Source of the DNA: Somniosus microcephalus | Taxonomy: Eukaryota | Direction: 5' to 3' | Assembly: GCA_052327205.1 (NCBI GenBank) | Contig: CM126220.1 | Location: 48,422,001 to 48,486,000, forward strand | DNA length: 64,000 nt | Shown: positions 1 through 12,380 of the stretch, one piece after another | Layout: the number at the start of each line of letters is the position of its first letter | How positions within the stretch are numbered: position 1 is the first letter of the stretch | The notes under the pieces: generated by a model | What the model was told of the DNA's origin: nothing | What the model saw: only the letters and a program-made list of their open reading frames with translations | The model's database searches: none | Program-made: the position numbers and the translations under genes

Positions 1-334
1 CAAACAAGCTTTCAGCTGCCATGACACCTCTTTCAATGGGATAACTGATTGCCTTGGCCAAATACAGGGAACCATTAATGGGGGCTTCATCAATGTCGTT
101 GATGCCACAAAGTCTGTTCACCCACAGATTAGTGGGCAAAGTGGCACAGAAGCCGGGAGCAGGGGCAGGCTGGATCTGGCAATGGGTGATGGTATTGTCT
201 CTCCTAATGCCACCCCATTCACACCATTCTACCACCCCTTTCTGATGCACCAGAAAGTGGGCAGGGCCAGGTTGCCCACCAGACCTGCAGAAGTGCAGCA
301 GCCAAACTCTGCAAATTCCTTCCCTAAACCAGCC

Positions 335-520
335 TGCCTTTCCATCTCCATCTCTGCCTTTAAGAATGTACCTAAAGCCCACCTCTTTGACCAAGCTTTT
401 CATCATCTTTCCTAATCTATCCTTCTTTGGCTTGACATCCATTCTTCTTAACACTCTGTGAATAAGCGTGGGGTGTTTTATCTACATTGAAGGCATTATA
501 TAAATACAAGTTATTGGTGT
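335..520 (+). mobile_element. Degenerate L2-type LINE/SINE 3' tail
   Basis: Motif 'cctaaagcccacctctttgaccaagcttt...attatataaatacaagttattg' matches the L2 tail seen at 33000-33160 in this window. Confidence 0.6.
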
Positions 521-2299
521 ATAAATGTTATTTGTACAACTATATATTCAATTGAGTCAGAAATAAAAATGGTAGCTGAAACTATTTTGAAAAAATAACT
601 ACAGCCACATTAATGGCTGAAATTGCAGCCTTTCAAGCCGTTGTTTTTGTGTGGGTTTCTATGGGTTCTGTGCTGATCTTGATTTCAGTAATTCAGTGTG
701 TTTGGGTTACCTATTTGAGCACAAGTGAAAATGTTACACTTGTTTTTTTTTCTGCGACAGACATATTTAATGTGCCAACCATAGATTTAATTTGTATCAT
801 GCTCTATGTCAGCCTTTTAATTACATTTTTTTTAGTCAATTAAGATTCTGTTGCCCTAGATTTGATGCCTAAAGTATGATGACGACTCAAGGCATAGTGC
901 CATATATGAAAATGTTATTACTTAACTGTTTATGAATTGAATATTTACAGTTATTTTGCTTCAAAGGTACACAGTTTTATGTATGCATTTAAAAAATGTT
1001 TTCAAAAACTATTAAAAAAAGTCACTTATGCACATTTGAAAATAATATAAATATAAGGGGAAAATGTACATATACTGAGAGAAATACGCAATGATGTCTT
1101 GAAATGGCTTTCAGAAGCAGTCATGTTTTCGTGTTTGCTGTGCTCCAAGACTAATGCACCATATTGACATGACCTTATGGATTCTTGTGTTTGAAATGCA
1201 TTAAACAAACTGTTGACATATAGTATTGGTTTTTAGAATTTAAAATTGTATATGACCTTTTACGTGTGACTTAGTTGTACTTTGATAAAATGGTCACCTT
1301 ACACCTTCAGGTGTATTTAAATCTCCTTAGAGGCTAAGGGAGGCTGTAGTGTTTCAACTGACAGAGACTGCTAATAGTGTGGGTTTGGTTTCGATTGCAT
1401 GAATTCAGAAATCCCTAGTGGAAACTTTGGTCCTGGGCTGTGTCAAGAGTACTTGTGCTGTGTCAGAGGTACTTGTTCCTATCCTAGCAACCTCTTCAGT
1501 TAGAATTGTAACTAGTAGTATTCTGATTCCCTAGCAGCACCCCATCAATGCAACAGGTAGGGTCAGCAGGAGCTACTTGAAGCTGTAAGAGAACTTGGCC
1601 AGTGTTCCCAATTTAGCACAAGTGTTAGTCAGGAATGAATCAACCTTTGACCAAGGATGGAAGCTAAGACTTTTACATCAGGTGTCAGGTGCTTATTATA
1701 AGCCAAGAGGGACTCCCTGGAAGGGTGTTAGAAAATGTCAAAGACTCATTGATGTATTACTGTTCAAGTGAAAGAAAGATATTTATGTGCCAGTTATTGT
1801 TTTCGATATTGCATATAGCATTGAATATCAAAATTAATAAGTTTGGAAAATGAAAACCATGGAATTACAAACACATATAATTGAGAAGTAAGTTGCTTAT
1901 AATTACGGACGTATCAAGAAACTGTGGGGGCTAAATTGGGCCATGTAGCGCCCGTGTTTTAGATGTAACGTGGTCGCATAAGGATCGAAAATGGGGTCTG
2001 AGATGCGCATGTACACTTCCAACGGGAAGTGTGCAGGATGGCATCTTGGTAAAGGGGTTTGCATGCGTGTGCCTAATGACCACCAGCATCATGCAGAGCA
2101 GCGTGATGATAATGTAAATCAGTGTGCAACACTGATTTGACACCAGCGCTGCCATTTTTGAACAGTACACTATACTTTGCGAAAGTTTGAATACTCTACA
2201 GGGAGTGGTCTGGCTGGTGTTGAAGTACTTTTTTGGTCATTTAAAATCTTGTGCTGAAACAAGTTGCTTCTAGATTTTGGTGGCCTGGTAGGGCTTCCT

Positions 2300-3950
2300 C
2301 TGGGAATTGAGCATGACTGAACAATGAAGAGAGGCCATGCAAAGCAGGGCAAACTGCTAGAAGATGGAGAAGAAGAAGAGGGAGGAGGAGGAGGAGGAGG
2401 AGAAGGGCTCTCAGCAGGAGGCCATATACACCGAGGGTCTTCAGGGAACAATTCTCTTACCTCAACCTCAGCGAGGACCAATGCTTGAGATGTCTTTGCT
2501 TCACAAAAGAGGTCGTGACTGAAATCTGCCAACTGCTACAGCCACAACTGCAACCTCAAAGTAGGGCAAGGACTGCATTGTCTGTGACTGTCAAGGCGAC
2601 TGTGGCTCTTAACGTTTATGCGTCTGGCTCCTTCTCGGCTGCTGCTGGAGATATAAGCAACATCTCGAAGTTTGCAGTGTACTGCTACATAAGGGAGGCA
2701 ACTGAGGCTCTCTATACACAGAGAAATACTTTCATCTCATTCCTTCTCACCAGAGACAAGCAGGCGGAGTGAGCATGAGGGTTTGCATGGATTGCAGGCT
2801 TCCCCATGGTGCAGGGTGTCATTCACTGCATGCACATTGCCTTGTATGCGCCTCATGTGAACTCAGCCATTTTCATGAATAGAAAGGGATTTCACTCACT
2901 CAATGTGCAGCTGGTGTGCGACCACAGGTACTGCATCATGCAGATGAATGCCCGTTATCTCAGCAGCAGTCACGATTCCTTCATTCTGTGCCTGTCCTCT
3001 GTGTCACCTGTATTTGATCCACCACGGCAAGTCAAAGGCGGCTACTGGGAGACAAGGGCTATCCACACATGACATGGCTCATGACTCTGGTCCAGAATCC
3101 ATGCACATGTGCACAGCAGGCCTACACATGAGAGCCATGCTACCACAAGGGACACGAGATTGATTCCTGGGATGGCAGGACTGTCATATGAGAAGAGATT
3201 GAGTAAACTAGGCCTGTATTCTCTTGAATTCAGAAGAATGAGAGGGGATCTCATTGAAGCATACAAAATTATTACAGGGCTTGATAGGATGGATGCTGGG
3301 AGAATGTTTCCCTTGGCTGGGGAGCCTAGAACCAGGGGCCATAGCCTCAGGATAAAGGGTAGGCCATTCAGGACTGAGATGAGAAGAAATTTCTTCACAC
3401 AGAGGGTGGTGAATATTTGGAATTCTCTACCCCAGAGGGCTGTAGAGGCTCAGTCATTGGGTATATTCAAAACAGAAGTCGATAGATTTCTGACTAGTAA
3501 GGGCATCAAGAGATATGGCGATAGGGCTGGTGAATGGAGTTGAGGCAGAAGATCAGCCATGATCTCATTGAATGGTGGAGCAGGCTCGAAGGGCCGAATG
3601 GCCTACTCCTGCTCCTATTTCTTATTATAGAGCACACCATCGGCATCCTCAAGCAACGCTTCTGCTGCTTGGACTGCTCTAGAGGAGCTCTGCTGTACTC
3701 AGCTGAGCAGGTATCAAGATTTGTATTAGTATGCTGCACAACCTGGCCATAATGAGGGAACAGCCTGTGCCATCACCTATCAGGTGGGAAACTGAGGAAC
3801 AGGAGCATGAGGAAGAGGAGGAGGAAGTGGAGGAGTAGGAATGGCAACAGGATGTGGAGGAACTGTAAGAGGAAGGGAGGTTACACCGTAGGCAGCCCCT
3901 TTCTGCTCGGGCTCTACGTGACCAAATAATTCATGAGCGATACAAGTAAA
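2300..3950 (+). pseudogene. HARBI1-like (DDE_Tnp_4) transposase pseudogene
   Basis: Motifs FPMVQGVIHCMHIAL, NRKGFHSLNVQLVCD, SSHDSFIL, LLGDKGYP (shifted frame), IIEHTIGILKQRFCCLD; stops and frameshifts; split by CR1 at ~3146-3625. Confidence 0.85.
3146..3625 (+). mobile_element. 5'-truncated CR1 LINE (ORF2 C-terminus and 3' UTR)
   Basis: RLIPGMAGLSYEKRLSKLGLYSLEFRRMRGDLIE...FFTQRVVNIWNSLP; 3' end ctcctgctcctatttcttat; HARBI1 coding sequence resumes after it. Confidence 0.9.
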
Positions 3951-4167
3951 CTTAACCACAACTCCCCATTCACCAACAGTCCTACATTCCTTACATTTCC
4001 TCTATCACTGACCATCACATTGACCTCTTTCTGACAAAACAAAAATAAATAGCACCAAAAAATGCACATTCCAATCCAATTTTATAAATTCACTCATTAA
4101 ATAATGCATACAAAATTAAACAATCATCCTTGTGCATTTCCTCAGTGCTTGTTTCCTGTGTGCCTTT

Positions 4168-4358
4168 TGTAGTGTATGTACTTTGCAGAAGGAACTATAT
4201 TCTGCAGCCCCTGTATACTGCAGTCCCAGTAGTGACCACCCCTGTATATAAGCCTGTGTAGTAACTTTGCATAGTTAGTTCCCATTTGTCTCTACTCAGT
4301 AAGGACCTGTTATAACCAACTCCTGCAGTCCGTGTCTCAATTACACACGGACATAATA
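4168..4358 (+). repeat. 5' LTR of Gypsy A
   Basis: TG start; TATA-like GTATATAAG; shares gtgaccacccctgtata with the element D LTR; followed directly by the PBS. Confidence 0.8.
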
Positions 4359-4359
4359 C

Positions 4360-4369
4360 TGGCGACGAG
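4360..4369 (+). promoter_or_regulatory. Primer-binding site, probably tRNA-Ser(GCU)
   Basis: TGGCGACGAG is complementary to the ...CUCGUCGCCA 3' end of vertebrate tRNA-Ser(GCU); the same PBS occurs in elements C and D. Confidence 0.75.
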
Positions 4370-5046
4370 CGGATCCGAACTTACCTACAGTCTGCACCGC
4401 CTCATGGGGATCCATCCCTGAAGCGAAGTTGCCAGAGGTCGAGGCCAGAAGGAAGAAAGAAAAAAATAAATAAAACAATCAGAAGAAACGGGCGTCGACC
4501 ATGGGCAACCGCCTCTGATTCATCGGAGTGAAAGATTTGCAGGAGAGGCTGTCGAGAGCGGGGCTTGGTTATCCTGTCAATGGTGTTCCAGCTAATCGGG
4601 CTGGTGGCAGGTAGTACACTGATCCTTCCTGGGCTGTGGCGGGCTAGAGCTCGATCGGGTGGCTTTTCAACGGGATTGAGCAGCGTTGTCGGGAAGAGGA
4701 GAGAGAGAGAGAGGGTGGAGCACACAGGGCGCGGCCGGTGCTATGAAGCCGGGCAGCGTAGAGACCCGAGAAGAGGGAGGAAAGTGTCCCGCAGGGTTGC
4801 TCTGATGACGGGGAAATAAAAGAAATCAGAAGCGCAGACAGCCGCGAGGAGCTGCAGTTTGCCACGGGAACCGCGGAGAGTGGCGTTAGCGGGAAGTGCG
4901 CGAAGACCATAGGGCGTCGCCATCAAGGCATAAAACGCCAGCAACAGCGCTAGCAGCAGTGGAGAAGACGGAAAGCGCGGGAGGCGCCATTTTGTTAAAT
5001 CGGGGAAGAAGGCAAAGCGCGGGAGGCGCCATCTTAGATTTCCAAG

Positions 5047-8000
5047 ATGCCGAAGACTGGCAATATCACTGCCTTCGATAATGCAATAGAAGACTGGACC
5101 ACGTATGTGGAAAGAGTCGAAGTATTTTGCAAGGCAAACGAAGTAGCCGATGAGAAAAAGGCATCGGTACTACTCAACTTAATGGGCGCAAGAACGTACG
5201 GCCTATTGCGGAACCTGATTACTCCAGCCAAACCGATGGCGAAGAGTTTTAACGAAATTGTTGATATCCTACAGGAACACCTAAATCCTACACCGCTGCT
5301 GATAGCAGAAAGATTTAAATTCCACAGGAGAAATCAGCATAAAGATGAGAGCAATGCTGATTACCTTACGGAACTATGCAAGCTATTAAAGCACTGCCAG
5401 TTCGGAGCAGGACTGGCAGATACCCTATGGGACAAATTTGTCTGTGGACTCCTGAGTGAAGGAACCCAGAAGAGGTTACGCTCAGAGAAAGAGCTGACGC
5501 TAGATAAGGCTTTCAGCATGGCAGTATCGTATGAAGCAGCAGCAAGGGGAGCTGCGGAAATACAGCAAAAGCCACAGGAATACGGCACCCACGAAATGAC
5601 ACGGGGATTTGAAAAATGTTATCGCTGCGGCAGAACAACCCATGACCAGAAGGACTGCTGGTCCAAGGACAAAATATGCAGGCAATGCGGAAAGATGGGA
5701 CACATTGCATGAGTTTGCAGGTCTGGGAAGAAGACTAACGACAACAAAAAGGCTACTAAGGAACAGTACAGGAAAGTACAAAAGATGACAGACAGTAGTT
5801 CCGAAGACCAGATGAGCGATAGTGAATTCGGGAACAAGAGACTAAGCTGTCTCAAACTTCACAACGTAATCGCAAAAGAGGATTACCGAACCATTTGGGT
5901 CACCCTCACGATAGCAGGGTCCCAAGTCAAAATGGAATTGGATACAGGATCAGCCCTGACCATCATGAATCGACGAGACTACGAGCGGCTATTCTCACAC
6001 ATACCCTTGAAAGAGACATCCATTGTCTTGAAGACGTATACGGGGCAAAAAGTATACCCCAGAGGGAAAATAAGGGTGCCTGTCGAATACAACGGCAAGG
6101 AAGTACAGAAATTGTATCTGTACATACTGCAAGATGGTGGACCACCGTTATTGGGACGTGAATGGATCAGAAAGATAAGTTTAGACTGGCACTCCATTCA
6201 GGCACTGACGGTGGCTGGTAAAAAGGATGACAACATCACACCTGGACGATTGTCAAAAATCTTAGCTAATGCCAAAGAGGTATTTCAACAAGAACTGGGA
6301 ACTCTTAAAGGCGTAACCGCCTCGATAAAAATAGAAGAGAATGCAATTCCCAAGTTTTTCAAAGCAAGACCGGTACCATATGCAATTCGCCCAGCCGTCG
6401 AGGCAGAGCTGGAGAATCTGGAGAATGCAGGCATGTTATCTAAGGTAGACTGGAGCGAGTGGGTGACACCCATCGTTCCTGTCATGAAGAAAACGTTAAA
6501 CAATAAGTCTGAGGAGCCAAGGAAGGTTCGCATCTGTGGGGACTTCAAGGTGATGGTGAACCCAGTCCTTCACACAGTACAATATCCTCTCCCGAGGATA
6601 GAAGATATTTTCGCCTCACTATCTGGAGGGAAGCGTTTTACAAAAATTGACCTAGCACAAGCATATTTGCAGATGGAGGTTGAAGAATCCTCTAGGAAGT
6701 ATCTCACGATAAACACTCACAAAGGTCTTTACCAGTATAATCGACTGGTATTCGGAGTAGCATCAGCTCTGGCGATATGGCAAAGAGCGATGGAACAAGT
6801 CCTGCAAGGGATTCCGGGGACTCAGTGTTACTTGGACAACATCCTAGTGACAGGTGAAGATGACAGTGAACACCTTGCCAACCTAGAGCAGGTGCTCACT
6901 AGACTAAGAGAACATGGGCTACGAGCCAATCGCCCCAAGTGCGAGTTTTTTAAGAAACAGATATCGTATTGTGGCCACGTGATTGATGAAGAGGGGTTAC
7001 ATAAGTCCCCTGACAAAATTGAAGCGGTAGTTAAGGCTCCAGCGCCTGAAAATGTGTCGCAACTGAGGTCATTCCTCGCATTGGTGAATTACTACCATAA
7101 GTTTTTGCCGAATTTGTCCACAATTCTGCACCCACTGAACGCCCTACTACAAACTGGAGTAGCATGGAAATGGAGCGATGAATGTAAACGGGCCTTTCAG
7201 AAGAGTAAAGACCTAATCACTTGAGTATTGGCTCACTACAACCCATCACTACCGATAAGACTGGCGTGTGATGCGTCTCCCTACGACATTGGAGCGGTAC
7301 TGTCACGTAAATTCCTTGATGGTTCAGAGAGGCCGATAGCTTTTGCGTCACGCTCGTTAACTTCAGCCGAGCGTAACTACGCCCAGATTGACAGAGAGGC
7401 CCTCAGCCTGGTGTGGGGGGTGAAGAAGTTCAATCACTACCTGCACGGTCAGAAATTTACTCTACTAACTGATCATCAACCTCTTGTCTCCATTTTCAAC
7501 CCTCAGAAGGGCGTCCCGATAATGACAGCACAATGGCTACAGAGGTGGTCCCTTTTCCTAGGGGCACACCAATATGACATCGAGTACAAAGGAACTAAAC
7601 AGCATGGGAATGCTGATGGATTGTCGCGCCTACCGTTGCCGACGGTGGAAGAAGCACCTGCAGTGGATCCAGTGGAGATATTCCACTCGACCACAGTCGC
7701 ATGTCTACCTGTGATGAATGCAAACATAGAAAAGGAAACACAAAATGACTCGACACTCTCCTGGGTCTATGATTTAACGGTGAAGGGATGGCCAGCACAT
7801 GGCGGACCACTGTTGCCAGCATTCTCGCTGAGAAGAGAACAGCTGTCAGTGTGCAGAGGAACCTTGATGTGTGGATCCAGAGTAGTAATTCCACCCAAAT
7901 TGAAGGATAGAGTGCTCAATGAGCTTCATGAGGGTCATCGGGGAGGGGTAAAGATGAAGAACTTAGCCAGAGCGTTTATGTGGTGGCCGGGAATCGATAG

Positions 8001-8571
8001 AGAAATCGAAGAGATGACCAAGAGCTGTACAGGATGCCAGAAGGTCCAAAACGCCCCACCACAAGCCTCTCTACATCCATGGGAATGGCCCTCATCTCCA
8101 TGGCAAAGGGTGCACATTGATTTTGCTGGTCCATTTATGGACTCGATGTTTTTAATTGCGGTGGATGCACATTCAAAGTGGCCAGAGGTAATAAAAATGT
8201 CCTCAACCACCACAGAAAAAACTATCACAGTCTTACAAACCATATTCACCAGAAATGGGCTGCCTGAACAGATTTGCTCTGACAATGGACCACAGTTTGT
8301 GTCTGAAGAGTTCCGGAGGTTCTTAAAGAACAATGGTGTTAAGCATTACACATTCGCCCCATATCATCCAGCCACCAATGGATTGGCTGAGAGGTTCGTT
8401 CAAACATTCAAGAAGGCTATCAAGGCAATGTGTAATGAAGACATACCCCTACAACACAAGGTGGATAACTTCTTGTTTGCCTACCGGAATGTGACACATG
8501 TGGTTACCAACCAAACTCCAGCCATGATGTTCTTCAATCGAAGACTACGATGCCGCTTGGATTTGGTTAAG
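5047..8571 (+). pseudogene. Gypsy gag-pol (Gag, CCHC x2, PR, RT, RNase H, IN) with in-frame stops at 5710 and 7222
   Basis: CYRCGRTTHDQKDC, MELDTGSA, CYLDNILV, ACDASPY, HEGH...CTGC, SDNGPQF, NGLAERFV; the three ORF segments share one frame. Confidence 0.92.
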
Positions 8572-9189
8572 CTGCAGTATGAGTGGCAGAAGGTTGCTGA
8601 CCTTCAATTGAGGAGACTGCAGATGACCTTGGAGGGCGGCCTCGAGCAGCTCTGGGCCTAGAGGGCCCGACTTCAGACTGCACCATCTCGACCTGGCCTG
8701 CAGCAGTCTGGCTGGCTGACAGGCAACAGCAAGGGCACTGGCAGGGTGTCAGGGGTCGGAGTAGGAATGCTGTCATCCTGAGAGACAGCAGCTTCATGTT
8801 CCATAGAGCCACTACCACTCTCTCAGGGCGGTGCCTCAGCAATCCTACTCATCTGTTGGAGAACAGATTGATGGGCTGCTGTGATGCCTGATAAGTGGGC
8901 TAGAGGGAACAACGCTTTTTTCCTGCCTGTACCTGTTACTATGCCATTCCACCACCTGGCAACAGACTTTGTTTCCTTCCTCTACATTAACTGTGCCAAC
9001 CCACTGGGTTTGCAAATATTTTGTTATCCAAACAACTTATTCCAGCTCTTTAAGGAATGTTTATACATGAGTTCCCGTCCCTCCACACTCCCCCTCTGGT
9101 AAGCTCCCAACACCAAGTCTGAGCCAAGGACCATTCACACGATGAAAATGAAGCTGATGCTGCAAAATCAGCCAGGATCCGCACACTTG

Positions 9190-9700
9190 GGGGGGAATTT
9201 TCCCAGCCCTGGGGCGGCGGGTAAGGAGGCGGGACTGCTGGGAAAATGGCAGAAACTGGGAGCAGGTACCAACCCCGCTCCCAACCCGCCTCAGTGCCAT
9301 CTTCCCTGGAGGCGGGTCCCCGACTCGAGCAGGGATCCATCTCCTCGAGGCGGGAAGGGGATTACAGCCAATTAACTGCCTGTTAACAGGTAGTTAACAG
9401 GCAGTTTTGAGGCTTATCCCCATTTTACCCCTGCAAGTGTGGGCTTCCCGACGTCGGGAAACCTCGCCAGGGTCACCGAGGCGAGCAGTGGGTCTGTGGG
9501 GGTGAGAGGGATCGAAAAGTCCGCTGTGGAGGTGAGTGATGGGTGCAAGTGTGGAGAGGTAAGTATGAGTGGTGAGTGTAAAGTGTTAGAAAAAGTTTAC
9601 TTACCTTTGCTTCTTCCTACAGGCCTGAACCCTTGGAGATCCGGAGGCTCCTCATCGCCATGGCAGACACTGACAATCTCTGTTTTAAGATGAGCCCTTG
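9190..9700. mobile_element. Non-autonomous Harbinger-like element fragment
   Basis: Shares 'gaggcgggaagggg att...gccaattaactgcctgttaacaggtagtt' and 'tttacttaccttt' with the element at 10700-11534. Confidence 0.55.
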
Positions 9701-10259
9701 CACAAAGACTCACCAAAACCTCTTTCGTCAGCAGAAATCAGGTGGTTTGTGGTTGTTTCCACTAGATTTCCTCCCAATAAGCCATATCGCAAAAGAGTGG
9801 ATGTGGCGCAGTGCTGACCACTGCCTCCATCATTAAGTGTAAAGGACTAACCACATTCTGCGAGAAGTGTAGAAGCAGCTAAACCGTTTTTATTCAAAAA
9901 GTTAGAAAATGAAGATCTTTCTTGGCAGCACTAGCCTGCCCATTAAAACAGAGAACCCAAACAGCAGCTCTGGAATCAGTAGTGCCAAGTCTTTCTTGGA
10001 GCAGATTACCCTTGAACCGCATCCAGTGTTGATTGAAAAAATTTGCGTGCAGAGGTCTGTGACATTCATTTGCAGGAAATTTACATTGCTGCAATATCTT
10101 CAGGTCCAACCAGGTGCAGACACTAGCAAAAGCCATAGAGGAATTTTTTGTGCAGTGCTATTCAGGTGAAAAATGGCAGCATAGTATTAACACCTATTTT
10201 CTCTCTGCACTGTGCCTATTTTTTGCATGTTATGTGGGAGTATGGCAGAGGCAAAATTA

Positions 10260-10385
10260 GCCCTGCTATGTTTGCCTACATAACATAAGTCTCTACACAT
10301 CAACGTAACTCACTGCATTTGAAGCACTTTGAGAAGTTTCTGAAAAAAGGGCATAAGCTGTTAGATAAATGCAAGTCTTTCTTCT
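10260..10385 (+). mobile_element. Deu-type SINE 3' fragment
   Basis: Similar to the reverse complement of the SINE at 60040-60490 (ctacataaca...ataaatgcaagtcttt). Confidence 0.5.
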
Positions 10386-10699
10386 TTGTGGAAAATTTTG
10401 TTTCATCATATTTTTTAAACTTGACTTGCACACAAAAGCTGCAGGTGGGGAGATTAACACAAGGCAATAAAATTATTGAAATAATTGCATGTTGCTAACA
10501 GCTCAGCTCGTTTAGTTTTTTTCTTGTGTATACAGTAATTAATCCAAAGATAAAGTTCTGTTCAAAGCTCAAAATAGTCAAATACCTTTAAATTATCTGA
10601 ATGATAATAGATCAACTTAAGAAGCTAAGGAGCTGCAGAGCGAAAATCCTGCACATATAACTTTATGTTAGAAATGCTTGCTGCATGTGGGAGACACTC

Positions 10700-11534
10700 T
10701 AGGCAGGATTTTCATTGGGCTGTGGAGGCGGGATTGGAGGCACGTGGGGGGTTAAAATCTCGAAATCGGGGGGGCACGAACCCATCCCGCCCCCAACCTG
10801 CCTCCATGCCAGTTTCAAAGGAGGCGGATACCCGACCTGTGCTGGGACCCGCCTCCCCGAGGCGGGAAGGGGATTAGTGCCAATTAACTGCCTGTTAACA
10901 GGTAGTTGACAGGCAGTTTTTAGCCTAATCCCTATTTTTATTGGTAAAGTGTGGTACAATGGCTCCAAACCACGTCAAGTTAGCGAGGCGGACCGTCGGG
11001 CTGAAGGGCTTGGAGGGTTCGAGATGTCCAGTGTTCAGGTGGGTGCATGAGTGCAAAGGTAAATGTGTTTGGTGTGTGTAAAGTGTTTAAAGAAGTTTAA
11101 CTTCCTTTACTTACCTTTACAGCCTTCCTTCCTTCAGGTCTCGGGAGTCCCTCATCTCATTGGCACAGAAAGTAGAATGGCCGCGAGCTGTCAAAAGTTG
11201 CAGCATTCAGCTTTCTGTTCTGGAGAGATTTCTAAATCAGCCTGAGAGGAAGGAATTAACTTGGAGTGCAGATTGTCAGTGTTTGACAGCTTCAAAGAGC
11301 TGTCAAAAGCTGATATTTCATCTGTCAAAAGCTCTTGACAGATGAAATTTCAATCCCTGACGTCACCTGTTGCTGGGTGGCTCTTAATTGGCCTGCTGAA
11401 CACGCTGGGCGGGCTCAACAAGGTCAATCAAGTGAAAATCGCGTGGGTTGGCCACAACTCGATGGAGGCGGGACTATAACCCCGAAAGTTGTAGTCCCGC
11501 CTCCATCACGCCTCCAGTATCAAAATCTAGCCCT
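10700..11534. mobile_element. Non-autonomous Harbinger-like element with degenerate TIRs
   Basis: Left aggcaggattttc...tggaggcggg versus right cccgcctcc...aaaatctagccct (imperfect inverted termini); related to 9190-9700. Confidence 0.6.
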
Positions 11535-12024
11535 CTATAAAATGCTTGCGACAGGTTGTGTACAGTCCTGCAATGATTGGTTTTTCCTGCCAGCTAAATT
11601 CCATTTTATTATGCTTTATTCTTTGCTGTAACATCTGGATAACATTTGGAAATGTTTGTGAGTTTCCACTGTAAATATCTACTGCTTCATTATTGCTGTA
11701 CAGATACAGGGATGTGGGTCTGTTGTGCTTGCTTTTAAACATAAAATAAATATAAGGTACAATGTGTTGCAAACTCTTGGGGGCGTCTGATGGTGTCATT
11801 AGCAGCCAGAGCCAAGCTTAAGTAGTTTAAAAAGGTCACCTAAACCTGAAATGTACTGCTGACTTGAAGCACACTTTTCAGTATTTGTTATTCTTCATAA
11901 TTAAATCAAAATATTTACATGATAAAGGTCAGAAGTAATAGAAATGAGCAATGAACGCATAGATGTACTAATTGCATGCAGAGAATTCATTCCTATGACT
12001 CTATAAACTCTCTTTGACTCTATA

Positions 12025-12152
12025 AACTTGCAGGGCTACGGGGACAGAGCGGGGGAATGGGACTGACTGCATTGCTCTACAGAGAGCCGGCATGGACCCG
12101 ATGGGCCAAATGGCCTCCTTCTGTGCCATTATGACTCTCTATGACTCTATAA
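12025..12152 (+). mobile_element. CR1 3' tail
   Basis: cagggctacggggacagagcggggg...gatgggccaaatggcctccttctgtg followed by (tatgactc)n tail repeats like those at 17429-17446. Confidence 0.8.
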
Positions 12153-12224
12153 CTAACATTTTTGTAGTTTTCCTCATATATAAATAGCTACCTGGCAGAG
12201 GAAAGATGGTAAGGGAAATGGAAT

Positions 12225-12380
12225 GGTGGCGTGTGGGTCCAACAAAAACAGGGTCAAAGCGAAGGATTTTCAGAAAGTTTCGGAAGCAAGGTTGTTGGTG
12301 GCGAGGTGACAAGAATGAGGGAGCAAGTTTCAGAGGACGGGGTGTGGCAGAGCAGAGGGAGCAGGGTACAAGGAGTAACC
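12225..12380 (-). mobile_element. Old L2 LINE ORF2 C-terminal remnant (source of the adjacent minisatellite)
   Basis: Minus strand encodes SDTGLLLVPCSL...PLKLAP...FRNFLKILRFD, resembling the L2 end (RSSNSGLL.IP...LWNSLP...FK.LLKTYLFD) seen at 28430-33050. Confidence 0.6.

Larger units (their letters stand above)
4168..8571 (+). mobile_element. Ty3/Gypsy LTR retrotransposon A, 3'-truncated (no 3' LTR)
   Basis: 5' LTR begins TGTAGTGTATGTAC at 4168; PBS TGGCGACGAG at 4360; gag-pol 5047-~8571 closely similar to element D; homology to D stops abruptly after RRLRCRLDL. Confidence 0.9.
1926..8900 (+). mobile_element. PIF/Harbinger DNA transposon relic, interrupted by a CR1 fragment and by Gypsy element A
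   Basis: Starts GGGGGCTAAATTGG (Harbinger-like terminus); HARBI1-type transposase relic at ~2300-3950; non-Gypsy sequence resumes at ~8572. Right boundary is approximate. Confidence 0.7.
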
